A stretch of 64,000 bases of DNA, from NCBI RefSeq assembly GCF_009914755.1, contig NC_060947.1. The stretch is one strand, 5' to 3'. The notes beneath the pieces are model-generated. The model had not been told where the DNA came from. It saw nothing but the letters and a program-made list of their open reading frames with translations, and ran no database searches. The first letter of the stretch is position 1. Each line of letters starts with the position of its first letter. Source of the DNA: the human T2T-CHM13v2.0 reference genome, Homo sapiens. Positions 14,361 to 35,231 of this stretch are shown here, one piece after another. Position numbers and translations under genes: made by a program.

Positions 14361-14654
14361 TCTCATTGTTCAATTCCCACCTATGAGTAAGAACATGCAG
14401 TGTTTGGTTTTTTGTCCTTGCGATAGTTTGCTGAGAATGATGATTTCCACATGGACACAGGAAGGGTAATATCACACTCCGGGGCCTGTTGTGGGGTGGG
14501 GGGAGGGGGGAGGGAAAGCATTAGGAGATATACCTAATGTAAATGACGAGTTAATGGGTGCAGCACACCAACATGGCACATGTATACATATGTAACAAAC
14601 CTGCACATTGTGCACATGTACCCTAAAACTTAAAGTATAATAATAATAAAATAA
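14361..14654 (+). mobile_element. Very short 5'-inverted (twin-primed) L1PA4-like insertion
   Basis: Antisense piece 14361-14449 joined to the sense 3' end 14450-14654; TSD core atcaatct (14356-14363, 14655-14662). Confidence 0.9.
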
Positions 14655-15950
14655 ATCAATCTATGTTTCTATTTTAACACCAAATAATTATGTTAACAAA
14701 GACCACAGACAGCAGTTGCTTTTGCTTATCCTTAATCACTTCCCTAAGTATAAAGATTTTGGTAATTCAACTTTAAGGCTATCTATTCCTATTGTGAAAA
14801 AGGACCCCCTCCCCACATATTCCCATGTGTCAATGAGGGAACATAAGGCTGATGTGGTAAAGACTATGATGACCTGGTACATTTCAAGATGTTTTATGGT
14901 ACTTAAAACCAAAGGGATCTGAAAAGGGAGCCTGGTGATAGAGGAGGTTTAAACCAAAAAGACTCTGGGTTGAACGTGACCAGTAATTGCTCAACCTGCC
15001 TGGTATGTCTAAAAGGAATAACACACTTGGTATATAATCTAGAACTGTGATTTTGATGTGTGAACATATCATTGAAAAGAAAAAAAAATCTATCAACTGA
15101 TCTATTATGATGTTAAATTACTTATTTGACCAATTTTAAATAACGTTAAGATGAAATTTACATATACTTCAATGATTTAAAGGATAGAACTAAATAATTT
15201 TATATTTATTTACTTTTCATGATACATAATATTTTTACATATGTATGGGGTACATGTGATATTTTGTTACATGCATAGAATATGTAATGATCAAGTCAGG
15301 ATATTTAGGGTATCCATCCCTCAAACATTCATCATTTCTCTGTGTTGGGAACATTTCAAGTTCTCCTTTCTGGCTATTTTGAAATATATAATATATTGTT
15401 GTTAATTATAGTCACCCTACTCTGCTATAGAATATTATAACTCATTTTTTCATCTAGCTATATATCTGTTCCCATTAACCAACCTCTCTCTGTTCCCCCT
15501 CCCCTAACACCCACCCTTCCTAGCCTCTGGTATCTATCATTCTACTCCCTACCTCAGTAAGATGAACTTTTTTAACTTCCACATATGAGTGAGGACATGC
15601 AATGTTTGTATTTCTGTGCCTGGCTTATTTAACTTAATGACCTCACATTCCATCCATGTTGCTGCAAATAACATTATTTTATTCTTTTTTTATGGCTGAA
15701 TAGTATTCCATTGAGTATATATAACACTTTTTCTTTGGGAATAAAGCTGCAATAAATATGGAGGTCCAGGTATCTATTTAGTGTACTGATTCCTTTTCCT
15801 GTGGATAAACACCCAGTAGTGGATGGCTGGATTGTATGGTAGTTTTATTTTTAGATATTTGAGAAATCTCCATACTGTTTTCCACAGTGGCTGTAGTAAT
15901 TTATGTTCCCACCAAGGGTATAAGAGTTCTGTTTTCTCTGCGTCCTCACC

Positions 15951-16357
15951 AGGAATTCTTTTTGTATGAATCTATACTACAGCAATCCAAATGGTTATGC
16001 ATAAAAATATGTGCACATACAAGGATAGCCAATGCAGTATGCGTTGTGATGGTGAAAATCTGGTAACAGACTAAATACATTTTCATGGGTGGTGGTGGTA
16101 CATTCATACTATGGAATACTATACAACCATTAAAGAGATGGAGATAGACGGGTATGGATAGAAATGGGTAGATCTACAAGATATATGAAAAACAGATATG
16201 ATTCCACATATAATGGAAAAATCTATCTATGCATGCATAAGAATGTGTGTATATCTGTATGGAAATCTATAGAAAAAGGTTTGGAATTTTTAACATTACT
16301 ATAACTCTTAGGAGGGGAGTGGTTAAAGTCTATGGTTGAAGGGTAAATTTCACTTTT
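15951..16357 (-). repeat. Inverted duplicate of 34117-34194 joined to 35232-35570
   Basis: Direct reverse-complement alignment; about 7 mismatches in 120 nt by hand count for 15961-16080 vs 35441-35560. Confidence 0.92.
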
Positions 16358-17116
16358 GTCATTTTAATAATAACCATTCTGACTGGAGTAAGATGATATC
16401 TCATTGTGGTTTTGATTTGCATTTCCATGATGATTAATGGTGTTGAGCAGTTTTTTTCATATACCTGTTGGCTATTTGTATGTCTTCTTTTGAGAAATGT
16501 CTATTTAGAGCTTTTGCCTATTTTTAATGAGATTGTTTCTTTCTTTGTGAGGTTGAATTGTTTGAGCTCCTTGTGTATTCTGTATATTAGTCTCTTGTTA
16601 GGGAATAGTTTGTAAATATTTTCTCCCATTTGACGGGTTGTCCTTTCACTCTGTTTCTTGTTTCCTTTGCTGTCCAGAAGCTTTTTAGTTTATAATGGTT
16701 TCATTTGTCTATTTTTGTTTTTGTTGCTTATACTTTTGAGGTCTTAGCCATAAATTATTTTCCTAGGCCAATGTCTTGAAGTGTTTCCTCTGTTTTATTC
16801 CAGTAGTTTTATTGTTTGGGATTTTACATTTAAGTCTTTAATCCATTTTGAGTTGATCTTTATATATGGTGAGAGATAGGGATCCAGTTTCATTCTTCTG
16901 CATATGGTTATCCAATTTTCCCAGCACCATATATTGAAGAGTGTCCTTTCCCCAATGTGTGTTCTTAGAGCCTTTATTGACAATAAGTTGACTGTAAATA
17001 TATGAATTTACTTCTGGGTTCTGTATTCTATTTCATTGGTCTATGTGTCTGTTTTTATACCAATAACGTGCTATTTTGGTTACTATAGTGTTGTAATATA
17101 TTTTGAAATCAGGTAG

Positions 17117-17845
<729 letters not shown>

Positions 17846-17989
17846 TAAAAATGACATTGGTATTTTGATAGGCACTGCATCAAATCTGTAGATTGCTTTG
17901 GGTACTGTGGTCATTTTAACAATGTTAATTATTCCTATGCATGAGCATAGAATATTGTTTCATTTGTTTGTCTCATTCATTAGTGTTTT

Positions 17990-24152
<6,163 letters not shown>

Positions 24153-24937
24153 TCATTAGTGTTTTATAGTTTTCCTTGTAGCAATCCTCCACCTCATAGG
24201 TTAAATTTGTTCCTAGGTAGTTTGGGATTTTTTTTTTTTTTTGTAGCTATTGTAAGTGGAACTAACATTTTTGTTTCTTTCTTGGCTGGATCATGATTGG
24301 TGTATAGAAACATTGCTGATTTTTGTACACTGATTTTGTATTCTGCAACTTTACTGAATTTATTTATCAGATCTGATAGTTTTTTGGTAGAGTCTTTAGT
24401 TTTTTCTAGATCATGGCATCAGAAAAGAGGGACTATTTGACTTCCTCTGTTCCAATTTGGATGCATTTTTATTTCTTTCTCTTACCTGACTGTTCTGGCT
24501 AGTACTTCCAGTACCATCTTGAATAGGAGTGGTGAAAGTGGGCATCCTTGTTCCAGTTCCCAGAGGAAGACTTTCAGTTTTTCCCCATTCAATATAATGT
24601 TAGCTGTGAACTTTTGATATATAGCCTTTATTATGTTGAGGTATGTTTCTTCTGTACCTGGTTTGTTGAGAGTTTTTTTTTTTTATCATGAAGGGATGTT
24701 GAATTTTATCAAATGCTTTGTCTGCATCTATTGAGATGATTGTATGTTTTTTTCGTTCATGTGCTATATCACCCTTATTGATTTGTGTATGCTGAACCAT
24801 CCTTGCAACCCTGGAATAAATCTCACTTGACGATGATGTATTATCTTCTTGATGTGTTATTGGATTCCATTTACTAGCATTTCGTTGAGGACTTCTGCAT
24901 CTATGTTCCTCAGGGATATTGGCCTGTAGTTTTTGTG

Positions 24938-25002
24938 TATGTGTGTGTGTGTGTGTGTGTGTCTGTGTGTGTGTGTGTGTGTGTCTGTGTGTCTGTGTGT
25001 GT
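24938..25002. repeat. (TG)n/(TCTG) compound microsatellite
   Basis: Seen directly. Confidence 0.9.
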
Positions 25003-28000
25003 GATTATATGGTTTTGGTATCAGAGTAATGCTGGCCTTGTGGAATGAGTTAGGGAGTATTCCTTCCTCTTTAATTTTGTTGGAATCATTTCAGGATAAT
25101 TGGTGGTTTTCTTTAGAAGTTTGGTAGAACTTGGCAGTAAAGCCATCTGGTCTTGGATGTTTCTTTTTTGGGAGACTTTTTATTACTGATTCAATCTCAT
25201 TACCCATTATTGGTCTATTCTCATTTTCTGTTTCTTCCTGATTCAATCTTGGTAAGTTGCATGTGTCCAGGAACTTATCCATTTTCTCCAGGTTTTCCAG
25301 TTTGTTAACATATAGGTATTCTTAATAGTCTCTGATCATCTTTTGTATTTCTGTAGTATCAGTTGAAATGTTTTTTTTTCATTTCTGATTTTATTCATTG
25401 GGTGTTCTATCTTTTTTGTTGGTTAGTCCAGCTAGTGGCTTATTAATTTTATCTTTTCAAAAAAGCCAACTTTTCATTCTATTGGTCCTGTATCCTTGGT
25501 ATTATTCTTTTAGTCTCTATTTCATTTAGTTCTGCTCTGATCTTTATTTTTTTCTGCTGATTTTGAGTTTGGTTTGTACTTTCTTTTCTAGTTACTTGAG
25601 GTGCACTATTAAATTATTTATTTGAAAGCTTTCTACTTTTTCAGTGTAGGCATTTATTACTATAAACTTCTTAGCATTACATTTGCTGTATCCCACAAGT
25701 TTTAGGATGATGTGTTTCCATTTTCATTTATTTCAAGACATTTTTTGATTTACATCTTAATTTCTTCATCTACCCAATAATCATTCAGGAGCATGTGGTT
25801 TAATATCCATGTATTTGTATAGTTTCCAAAGTTCTTGTTTGTATTGATTTCTGGTTTTATTCCATTGTGTTCTGAGAAAGATACTTGATATAATTTCACT
25901 TTTAAAAACAATATGTTGAGATTTGTTTTGTGGCCTAACATATGGTCTATTCTGGAGAATGTTTCATGTACTATGGAAAAGAATATGTATTCTGAAGTTG
26001 CTGGACAGAATGTTCTGTAAATGTATATTAGGTCAATTTGGTCCAAAGTCCAGTTTAAATATAATGTTTCTCTGGTTTTTCTGTTTAGCTGTTAGGTCTA
26101 ATGCTGAGAATGGGATGTTGAAGTCCCCCACTCTTCATTGCAGTCTATCTTTCTTTTTAGATTTAGTAATATTTGCTTTATGAATCTGGGTACCCCAATG
26201 TTAGGTCTATACATGTTCATAATAGTTATATTTTCTTGCTAGATTGATACCTTTGTCATTATATAATGAACTTTTTTGTCTTTTTTTTAACTACTTTTGA
26301 TTTCAAGTCTGTTTGATATAAGTATGGCTACTCCTGCCAGCAGTGGACTGGGTGGGTGGGTTCTTAGGCCCCTGAATAGCAGGCATGACATAAGTTATGT
26401 CAGTAGTACATGGCTTTTTATTTCCATTTTTGTGGAATGTCTTTTTCCATTCCTTTACTTTCAGTCTATGTGCATCTTTACTGGTAAGGTGAGTTTCTTG
26501 TAGGAAGCATATAGTTGGATTATTTAAAAAGCCCATTTAACTATTCTATATCATTTAACTGGAAAGCTTCATTCTTTTATATTCAAGATTATTATTGATC
26601 TGTGAGGCTTTTCTCCTGTCACATTGTTAATTGTTTTCAGGTTGTTTTATATATTCTTTGTTCTTTTATTTTTCTGTTATTTTTTGGCATTGTGGTTTGG
26701 TAGATTTCTGTAGTTGTACCATTTGCATCCTTTCTTTTCATTCTTTGTGTGATTGCTTTACCAGTGAGTTTTATACTTTCATGTGTCTTCATGATGGTAA
26801 AAGTCCTTTTGTTCCCGGGTTTAGGACTCCCTTAAGTATTTCTTGTGGGTTTCATCTAATGGTAATGAATTTACCCAGAATTTACTTGTCTGGGAGAGAC
26901 TTTATTTCTCCTTCATTTATGAAGGATACTTTTGCTGGACATGTTATTCTTTGCTGGCAGTTTTTTTCTTTCAGCACTTTGAATATGTCATCCCATTCGC
27001 TAAATCTGCTCTTAGTCTAATGGGGGAATTTTCTTATAAATGACTAGATGCTTTTATTTTGTTGTTTTTAGAATTCTCCCCTTTTCTTTGAGTTTTGGCA
27101 GTTTCACTATAATGTGCTATGGAGAAGACCTTTTTGAATTGTATCTGACGGGATGGCTGAGCTTCCTGTATCTGAATGTCTAAATCCCTTCCTAGACTTG
27201 GGAAGTTTTCAGCTATTATTTTGTTACATAGGTTTTCTATCTTTCTTTTTTTTCACCTTTTGGGAACACTGAAAATTCAAACATTTGGTTGCTTTGTTGT
27301 ATCCCATATGTCATGTAGGCTGTGTTCATTCTTTTAAATTACTTTTTCTTTATTTTTATCTGACTGGGCTATTTCAAAACACCTGTATTCAACTTCTGAA
27401 ATTCTTTCTGCTGCTTGACCTAGTCTATTATTGAAGCTTTCAAATGTATTTTTTTATTTCATGTGTTGAATTCTTCAGTTCCAGAATTTCTGACTGGTTC
27501 CTTTTTATGATATGTATCTCTTTGGTAAAGTTCTCATTCATATCCTGAATTGGTTTTTGGATTTCTTTGTATTGTGTATCTGAGTTGTATTGTACCTCAC
27601 TAAGCTTCTTTAATATCATTATTTAAAATTATTTTTCCATGATTTCATAAATTTCTTTTTCATTGGAATCTGTTGCTGGAGAATAATTATGTTTCTTTGT
27701 AGGTGTCATATTTCCTTGCTTTTTTGTGTTCCTTTTGTCCTTATGTTGATGTATGTACATCTGGTATAATAGTCACTTCTTCCAATTCTTTTTGAATTTG
27801 CTTTCATAGGGGAGTACTTTTTCCTGAAGATGTATCTATGATGCTGGTTGGGGAGGACTCTTTGGCTTTGATCTGAGTTCATGCAGTAGTGTAGTAATCT
27901 CCATATGATTTCTTCTGCTATATAGCATCGTTAATGCCTGTGATTTCCTTAGTAGCTTAGGGTATGATTGTTAATGGAGACTGTGGTGAAGTTGTGCTGG

Positions 28001-29625
28001 GGACTGAGATGACAAATGGGCCAGTCTTCAGGCCCTGGTGGTGGCAGTGGCAGGCCAAGTATGCCTGTCCTTGGGCCCCATGGCTGTGTATGCTGGCATC
28101 TGTGTTGACAATTTCTGGCAGGTCAGTTCTTGGGCCTTCAGGTGGCTTGCTCAGATGCCAGCTGTGTCAGCAGTGACTGGGTAGGTGGGTTCTTAGGCCC
28201 CTGAGCCACAGACAAGGCATGGGTAATGTCAGTAGCAGTGATGTGATGATTCTTTGTCTCCCAAGAGGTGTACATTGATGTTGGTAGTGGCTGTGGTGGG
28301 CTGGGTTGGTTACGCTTCAGGCCTGCAGGTGGCACTTGCAGGTAGATGCCAGCTGAGGTGGTAGTGGCTAGGAGTTTAGGCCCAATATTATGCCTTTGGG
28401 AGGAGTGCTCAGGTGCCCACGGTGGTAGACTGGGTTGGGTAATCCCCAGGATCCCAGGCTACGTACTCTGCCTTGGGGTTGGGAATGGCAAAACTAGTCT
28501 GGGTAAGCTGCTGCTTAGGCCCCCTAATGGTGAGAGATGGTACCACCTGTGGTGAGTAGAGGTGTAGTGATCCTCAGTCCCCAGGTGGAGTGCTCAGGTG
28601 AGGGATGATAGCGGCTGTGCCGAGTCCCTGCCACTGGAGAGGGTGGGACTGTCTTTAGTGGCTATAACCTGGGCTGGTGGGTGAAGAATGTGTATTCCTT
28701 TTATATTCTGGTCCCACTGGGGCTTGGCTCCCAGACTTGCCAGTAGTAGCCTATGTCTAGATCATGCCCCCACCCCAGATGCAGGAGTCCCCACTCAGCT
28801 GGCAACCAAGTCCCAGTGGAAACTGATGCCTTACCCACATCCCATTCTTTATCCCAGCAGTGCTCACTTCCCAAGACCGGCAGCTGCAGCCCACACCTGC
28901 ATGCCTTATTAGTCCTGGTTGTGGAATGCTCCCAGCTTGCTCCTCAGTCACAGCACTGACAGCCTGATAGCCCAAGTTTCCATAATGCCCCAGTTCCAGT
29001 GCTGTTGGGCTCCAGGACTGTGTTCATTCTGCCAAAAACTATGCTTGAAAATGATGCCTTTTTGTAGCTGCTTAGGTCTCAGAAATGGTGTGGCACCCAG
29101 CACAGACTCACTCCCTGGAACACTTCCCTCCCGTGGTCTCCTGGCAGCTCCATATGTTAGTTTCAGGGTTTGGCAGGGGGTCAAGGGGTTCTCCCATAGC
29201 CAAGATTGCATGATTCCACAGTGTGGATATGGGTCACTGGAAGTCTCTCATTTACCCTTTCCCTCAATTGGAAAGTCGCTCCCAGCTGCCACTCAATCCT
29301 GGCCAGGCAGCCTACTTCTCTCCCTCTCCTTTCTCCACTTTTGATGTTTCTTGTCACTTCTCTGTTGAATTCCAGTATTCTCTCTTGGATAATGTATTTT
29401 AAGTGTGACTGTCCATACACTATTTTCGTTCTTCTAAGTGGAGGAAGAGGACATGAAATACTTCTAATCAGCCATCTTGAAGCTCCTCCCTTAATTGTTA
29501 ATGATGGTGTAATATTCCACCATATGGGTATGCCATAATTTATTTAACAATCTATTATTGGACATTTACATTATTTTCAACTTTGGTAGTGTAAGTATTG
29601 TTGAGATGGACATAATAGTGCATAA

Positions 29626-29957
<332 letters not shown>

Positions 29958-31240
29958 TAAGATATACTGGGTAAAAAGGTTTGAATTTTGTTTTTGCCTG
30001 AAATTTTGCATTAAGATAGAATCATGCTTCATCATAGAGACACACTGTACCTGACATAACCCTTGCTGTATTTTCGGGTATCTTTTAGTTTTGTTATTAG
30101 GAATGTTAGAATAACATCCGTGTACATGAGTCTGACTGTATTTTCTGAGATAGGTAATTTTTAAAGGTTATTATATAAACTTAACAGCTAATTTGTTCTC
30201 CAGAAAAATGAATGACAATTTATATTCTCATTGCCAGTATATGAGAGTGTTTTGCTGCAGGCTTTCTAACATTGAGTTAGGTTGTTACTTTTAAACCATT
30301 GCTAGTTTGATAGATGCTACCAATGTTGATCAGCAAAAGGGGGATCAAAAAATAGGATATCAGTTGGGAGAAAGAGGTAAATTTTTTGAAGGCTTTAAGA
30401 AACAATTAGTATGATCCCAGGGTGTAGTTACATATTTGCACGGACTTTTATGCCTGTATTGAAAAGATATGTGAACACCAGTGATCTGGAAATAAGATAT
30501 CCAGGCTAGTAATCGTTACGATTATGGCTATTATTATAAAAAGACCTACTGTTCATTTATTGAGTTAATCCCTAGAAGACTAAATTAAAATACATATCAC
30601 TGAGGATTAGTTTTTTAACTTTCTCCCATTGGTTCATTTTCAAAAACAATTATGTGTGGTGAACCAGTTGCTACCTGGGGCCTTAAAGAGGTTAAAACAG
30701 AAGTTTTAAAGGGGAAAATATCATTTTTTTCACAAAGAAGTGAAGTAGGAGTGCCCAATTGAAGGAGGCAGCAGATTCCTGGTTTCCTGATTTGTGCTGA
30801 ATATGAGTTGTAGGGCAGCAGGATAAATTTTACTCAATTCTGAAAATGGAGGGAGGGGAGAGAGATACTTGCACTTTTCTTTTGCCTAAGTGTAACTTCA
30901 GAGTATTATGGTTATTGATCAGTGAGGAGAAAATATTAAATCATTAATATTAATGATCCCTAATAGGAAAGAAACTTTATAAAATGTGAATTAATTGATT
31001 TGCCTCCAATTGATTCCTTGCTGTAGTAAAATTACTTAGCTCACTAAGCCTCCGTTTCTCTGTATTTTACACAAGGGTAATGAGGTTGGTCCACTTCTTA
31101 AAATACTATAAAACCTCAATTAGCTGGAGTGTGGAAAAGGGAAAGTGTAAGGATTAAAGGGGTTAGAAAAGTTTTTTGGCATGGTGGTAAACAGAGAAGA
31201 TGCCCTTTCAGCTATTGCCACGCAATTCTTGTTGAAAACA

Positions 31241-31328
31241 TTTTTTTTAAAGTTTATTTTATTATTGTTATACTTTAAGTTTTAGGGTACATGTGCACAA
31301 TATGCAGGTTAGTTACATATGTATACAT
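31241..31328 (-). mobile_element. Tiny L1PA 3'-end fragment
   Basis: tatactttaagttttagggtacatgtgcacaa...gtatacat. Confidence 0.85.
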
Positions 31329-31499
31329 ATTAAAGTCATAGAAAAAATGCAAATAAAGAATATTAGATGTATTTAATGACTCAATTGGAAACAAAGCAAA
31401 AACAAAAACTTGGCCTCCAGAAATTTGAATCAGTGAACTTAACATTCAATGCTAAAAAAATCCTAGAATGAACTACTTAACTATTGAGAAGATATATGC

Positions 31500-32940
31500 C
31501 TCCTCAAACCTCCAACTCTTCCTTTTCTACAGATAAACTTGCCAGCTGTTTCACAGAAAATGTAGAAGCCACAAGATGGCAACTCCCCACCATAAAACAC
31601 TTACCTGCACCATCATCTGTAATTTCTGCCTTCCTCCCATTTTCAATTGAAGATCAGAAAATCCTCCCGTGTATGTCAAATTCTTCCACTTGAGCTCCAG
31701 AAACCTTTTTTTAATCTGTTTTTTTTAAGTGTCCTTACTCCATACAATAACCTTGTGTTTTCTTTCTTTTCGACCATTCCCCCTTTTCTGGCTTCTTTCC
31801 CTAATCATTTAGAGCTTGTTCAAGTCCCTCCTATTCACTAAAGAAAAAAAAGTCTGATGGTATTCCCCCAAACCAGTAAATTCAGTCTAATCATGAGGCA
31901 AACATCAATTAAAAAATTATTCTCTAACCTTCTGCCATATGCTTACCCTATCTCTCTCTTTCCTATCACAGCTAATCTTTGTGAATATTGTCTCCACTCA
32001 GTGTTCTACTTCCTTACCTTCAGTTTACTCTTCAATCTATACAGTCTGATTCTAACCCCGCTACACCACTGATCTGTTTCTGACAATCTTCTTTTGGTTA
32101 ACAGCCTTTTTACTTGGCTAAATATAAAGGACACTTTTGAGCCTCTGACTCACTTGATCACCCAGCGTTTAACATAGTTGTCATTCTTGAAATATGCTAT
32201 TCCCTTGGTGTTCCTCCTGGTTTTCTTTGTACCTTTCTTGTTACCTTTTTCTCAGTCTCTTTTGTAGGCTACTCTGAACCTTCCCAACTCAAATGTTGGT
32301 GTTTCTCAGTACTTTATCCTTCGCTACCTTCTTATTTTGCCTCTATCTTTTGGTAGTTCATCTACTCCTGTGACATGAAGTACCATCTCTGAGCTTAAGA
32401 CTACAAAATATTTATACCAATTCTGTTTCCTTAACTTCTATTAGTATCCTCAATTTTTCACTAACATCTATTCTTAGATGTACTATAGGCAACTCAATCT
32501 GTACATGATCTTAACCCCTGATCACCTCACCAGTGTCAACTGTCTCTATTCCTCCTATCTATTAATAACACTCTGTGATTCTGCCATATTGAACTCATTC
32601 TACTTCAATGAACATTCCATGCCCTCTCAGCTCCAGGCCTATGTCCAGGCTATTACCTCTTTTTAGAACGATCTTTCCTATCGCACTCTAGGTTTCAACT
32701 TAGAAGTCACTTTCTCCAGACACCTTTGTCTTTCTCATAAACATGAGTTTGATTTCTTCTCTCTTTCCTTTCAAAACACTCCATATTTCTCCTCTTATTA
32801 CATTTAAAATACTTCATTGTTGTTGTCTGTGGTTTTTTCTTTTCTACTAGACTGTGATCACACAAAAAGTAGATACAATACCTATCATGTTCCCATTGTA
32901 TTCCTATCATAGGCATACATTAAGTTTATTGAATAAATAA
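31500..32940 (+). mobile_element. L2 fragments
   Basis: Pyrimidine-rich L2-like sequence ending in tttattgaataaata. Confidence 0.6.
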
Positions 32941-32959
32941 ATTAATGGATCTTAGGAGC

Positions 32960-33420
32960 AAATCAGACTAAACAAAGTTATTATTTTCCTTTGGTAAAAC
33001 TGTTAGAATGATATATCACTATGAAAGCCTAGTCTATCACATGCATGATCTCTCATGACAAGATGTGCCAATATGGTCTAGTTAAATGGATTTTAGTATA
33101 GTTAAATGATTCATACCAAATTGGTCAACCAGATTAATGGATTAATGCTGACATGTAGAGAGATCTATGGTGGTAGGCCACAGATCTCTGTTATATGTCA
33201 TATCTTATTCAGAATTTTAAAAATTATTGACTTGATTGAAGGCAGAGAAAGCAAGCTTATGAAATATTCAGATGACACAAAAGTAGGTGGGAGAGTTAAT
33301 AAAATGAATAAAAGCCTTATGCTTTGAAATGGTCTTCATGATTTGGAATAATAGAATAAAACTAACATAATGACATTTCATAGGGATTAATATAAATCTA
33401 TAGGTTTAGGATAAACATTT
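32960..33420 (+). mobile_element. L3/CR1 LINE reverse-transcriptase remnant
   Basis: Peptide KYSDDTKVGG resembles the CR1 RT motif KFADDTKLGG. Confidence 0.75.
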
Positions 33421-33696
33421 TAAAATCCATTTAATATTCAAGAAGAATGGATTGCATACCTACTGTGTTCTAGTCAATGGTGCTGGGGATGCAAAAAAAA
33501 AAAAAAAAGCATAGCCTCTGCCCTTGAAATAGTTAAATTTTGACGATGATATTGAATCTAGATCATGGTACATAATAGGCTCATTGCACTTTGTATTTTC
33601 TACATAGAGAATGTTGTATGCTGTTGTAGGTATCATATTAATTTTACAATATATGCAGAAAGTATACTATTTAGTTTAAAATTTAAACATTTCAAT

Positions 33697-34105
33697 GGTA
33701 TCAGTCGGAATAATTTAGATTATGCTATTGTAATAATCCCCAACTCTTGGTGGTTTGTAAAAACAAAGTTTTATTTTTCACTTATGTAATGTGTTGGCTA
33801 GAAGCTCTGCTCTGTGACTCTTCATTCTGTGGCCCAGGGTGATGGAGCAACCACCATCATAAATATTACCAGTCACTGTGGCAGAAGGAAAGATAGCTGT
33901 GGAAGGCGTCACATTGACAAATAAATGCTCTGGCCTGGAAGTGACATGCAACTGTGAGCAATGACTTCTGGTCACAAATAATTGGCCAGAACCAGATGCA
34001 TCACTCCATCAATCACAATGGGGCCAGGAAGTGCGGTCATATCATGTGACCGAAGGCAAAGAGGTGTTAAGTATTTTGAGAACAGAGTTAATGATCACCA
34101 TTACT
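33697..34105. mobile_element. MLT1-type (MaLR) LTR remnant
   Basis: tcagtcggaataatttagattatgct...aaaacaaagttttatttttcactt...ggaagtgaca pattern typical of MLT1J/K. Confidence 0.6.
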
Positions 34106-34194
34106 ATATTGAGTAAAAAGTGAAAATTACCCTTCAACCTTAGACTTTATCCACTCCCCTCCTAAGGATTATAGTAGTGTCAAAAATTCCAAAC

Positions 34195-35231
34195 TTTTTT
34201 TTTTTAAGAGATCTGAAGTGATTTTACCTTTATTTCCTTCACTTTAAGCCAGTGATGAAATTTCACAGTGATTTCTGGGATAGGGGCAGAAGGAAGGTGG
34301 TGTTAAGAATCATCAGGGCTGTGGCCTAGTCAGCCTGCAGAGGTGCAGGCAGGGTGGGCCCCCACTGGGACAGCTGGAGGAGGCAGGTAGGTGATGTTCT
34401 CAGAGCTGAGAGCTGGTATGTGATGTCCTCTGCAGCTTCCAGCACGCTCAGCTCGATCAGGCCGTCCCCTGCGGTGGCCAGTGAGTTGGGGATCAGCTTG
34501 GCTTCCATGGAGTCACCCTCAGCAGAGATGATGGCTGCTATTTTCTGCTGCTCAGCCTTTTCCACCACAAATCTGGCCCTCTCTGCTTCCTGCTGATCCA
34601 CCTCTTTGGCTTCCACTGCTTCTGTGAACTCCTTCCCGAAGGTGGGATGTGTCAAGGACACATCGTCCAGGATGAGCCCAAAGGTGGCTGCTCACTCCGT
34701 AAGATTGTCACTCACCTGCCTGGAGAGCAGCTCTCTCTGGGTGATTAGTTCTCCAGCATCAAAGTGAGACACCACCGACTTGAGGATCTTGGTAGTGATG
34801 GATGGCAGCACACGCTCATCATAGTCCTCTCTGATGCTGGTGAAGATGCAAGGAAGCTGGCTAGCGACAGGCCAGGAGAGGATGTGCAGTGTGATGTTGA
34901 CATTCTGTAAGTCTTTGCTACCAGTGATGACTGGTACATTAAGTGGTCGAGAATGGCAGTCAAAGATAATTGGTTTCTGTACCCATGGGATAGGAAAGTG
35001 AGTCCCTTCCCCTACCACAATGTCCTGTACTCCACAGAATCGGTCAAAGATGACAGCTCTGTGACCAGCATCCACATTATATAAGGCAGAGTTCAGCATG
35101 CTTCCTACAACAGCTAAGGCCAGGCCAAACTTGCCAATGGACACAAACACTTTGGCAGCCATGTTTTCTTCTGCTGGACCCTCTCACACCTGCTTCCACT
35201 CTGACCTCCACATGAATTCCCCAGCCACACA
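34195..35231 (-). pseudogene. PHB1P10: Prohibitin 1 (PHB1) processed pseudogene
   Basis: Intronless [18 protein letters not shown]... from ATG 35162; in-frame stop at 34692; C-terminal frameshift/deletion; 5'UTR, AATAAA (34229-34234) and poly-A tail; TSD tccaaac(c/t)t. Parent gene is secure; the pseudogene number is from memory. Confidence 0.95.

Noticed and set aside
34326-35162. Functional prohibitin gene
   Set aside because: Intronless, with poly-A and TSD, a nonsense codon at 34692 and a damaged C-terminus.
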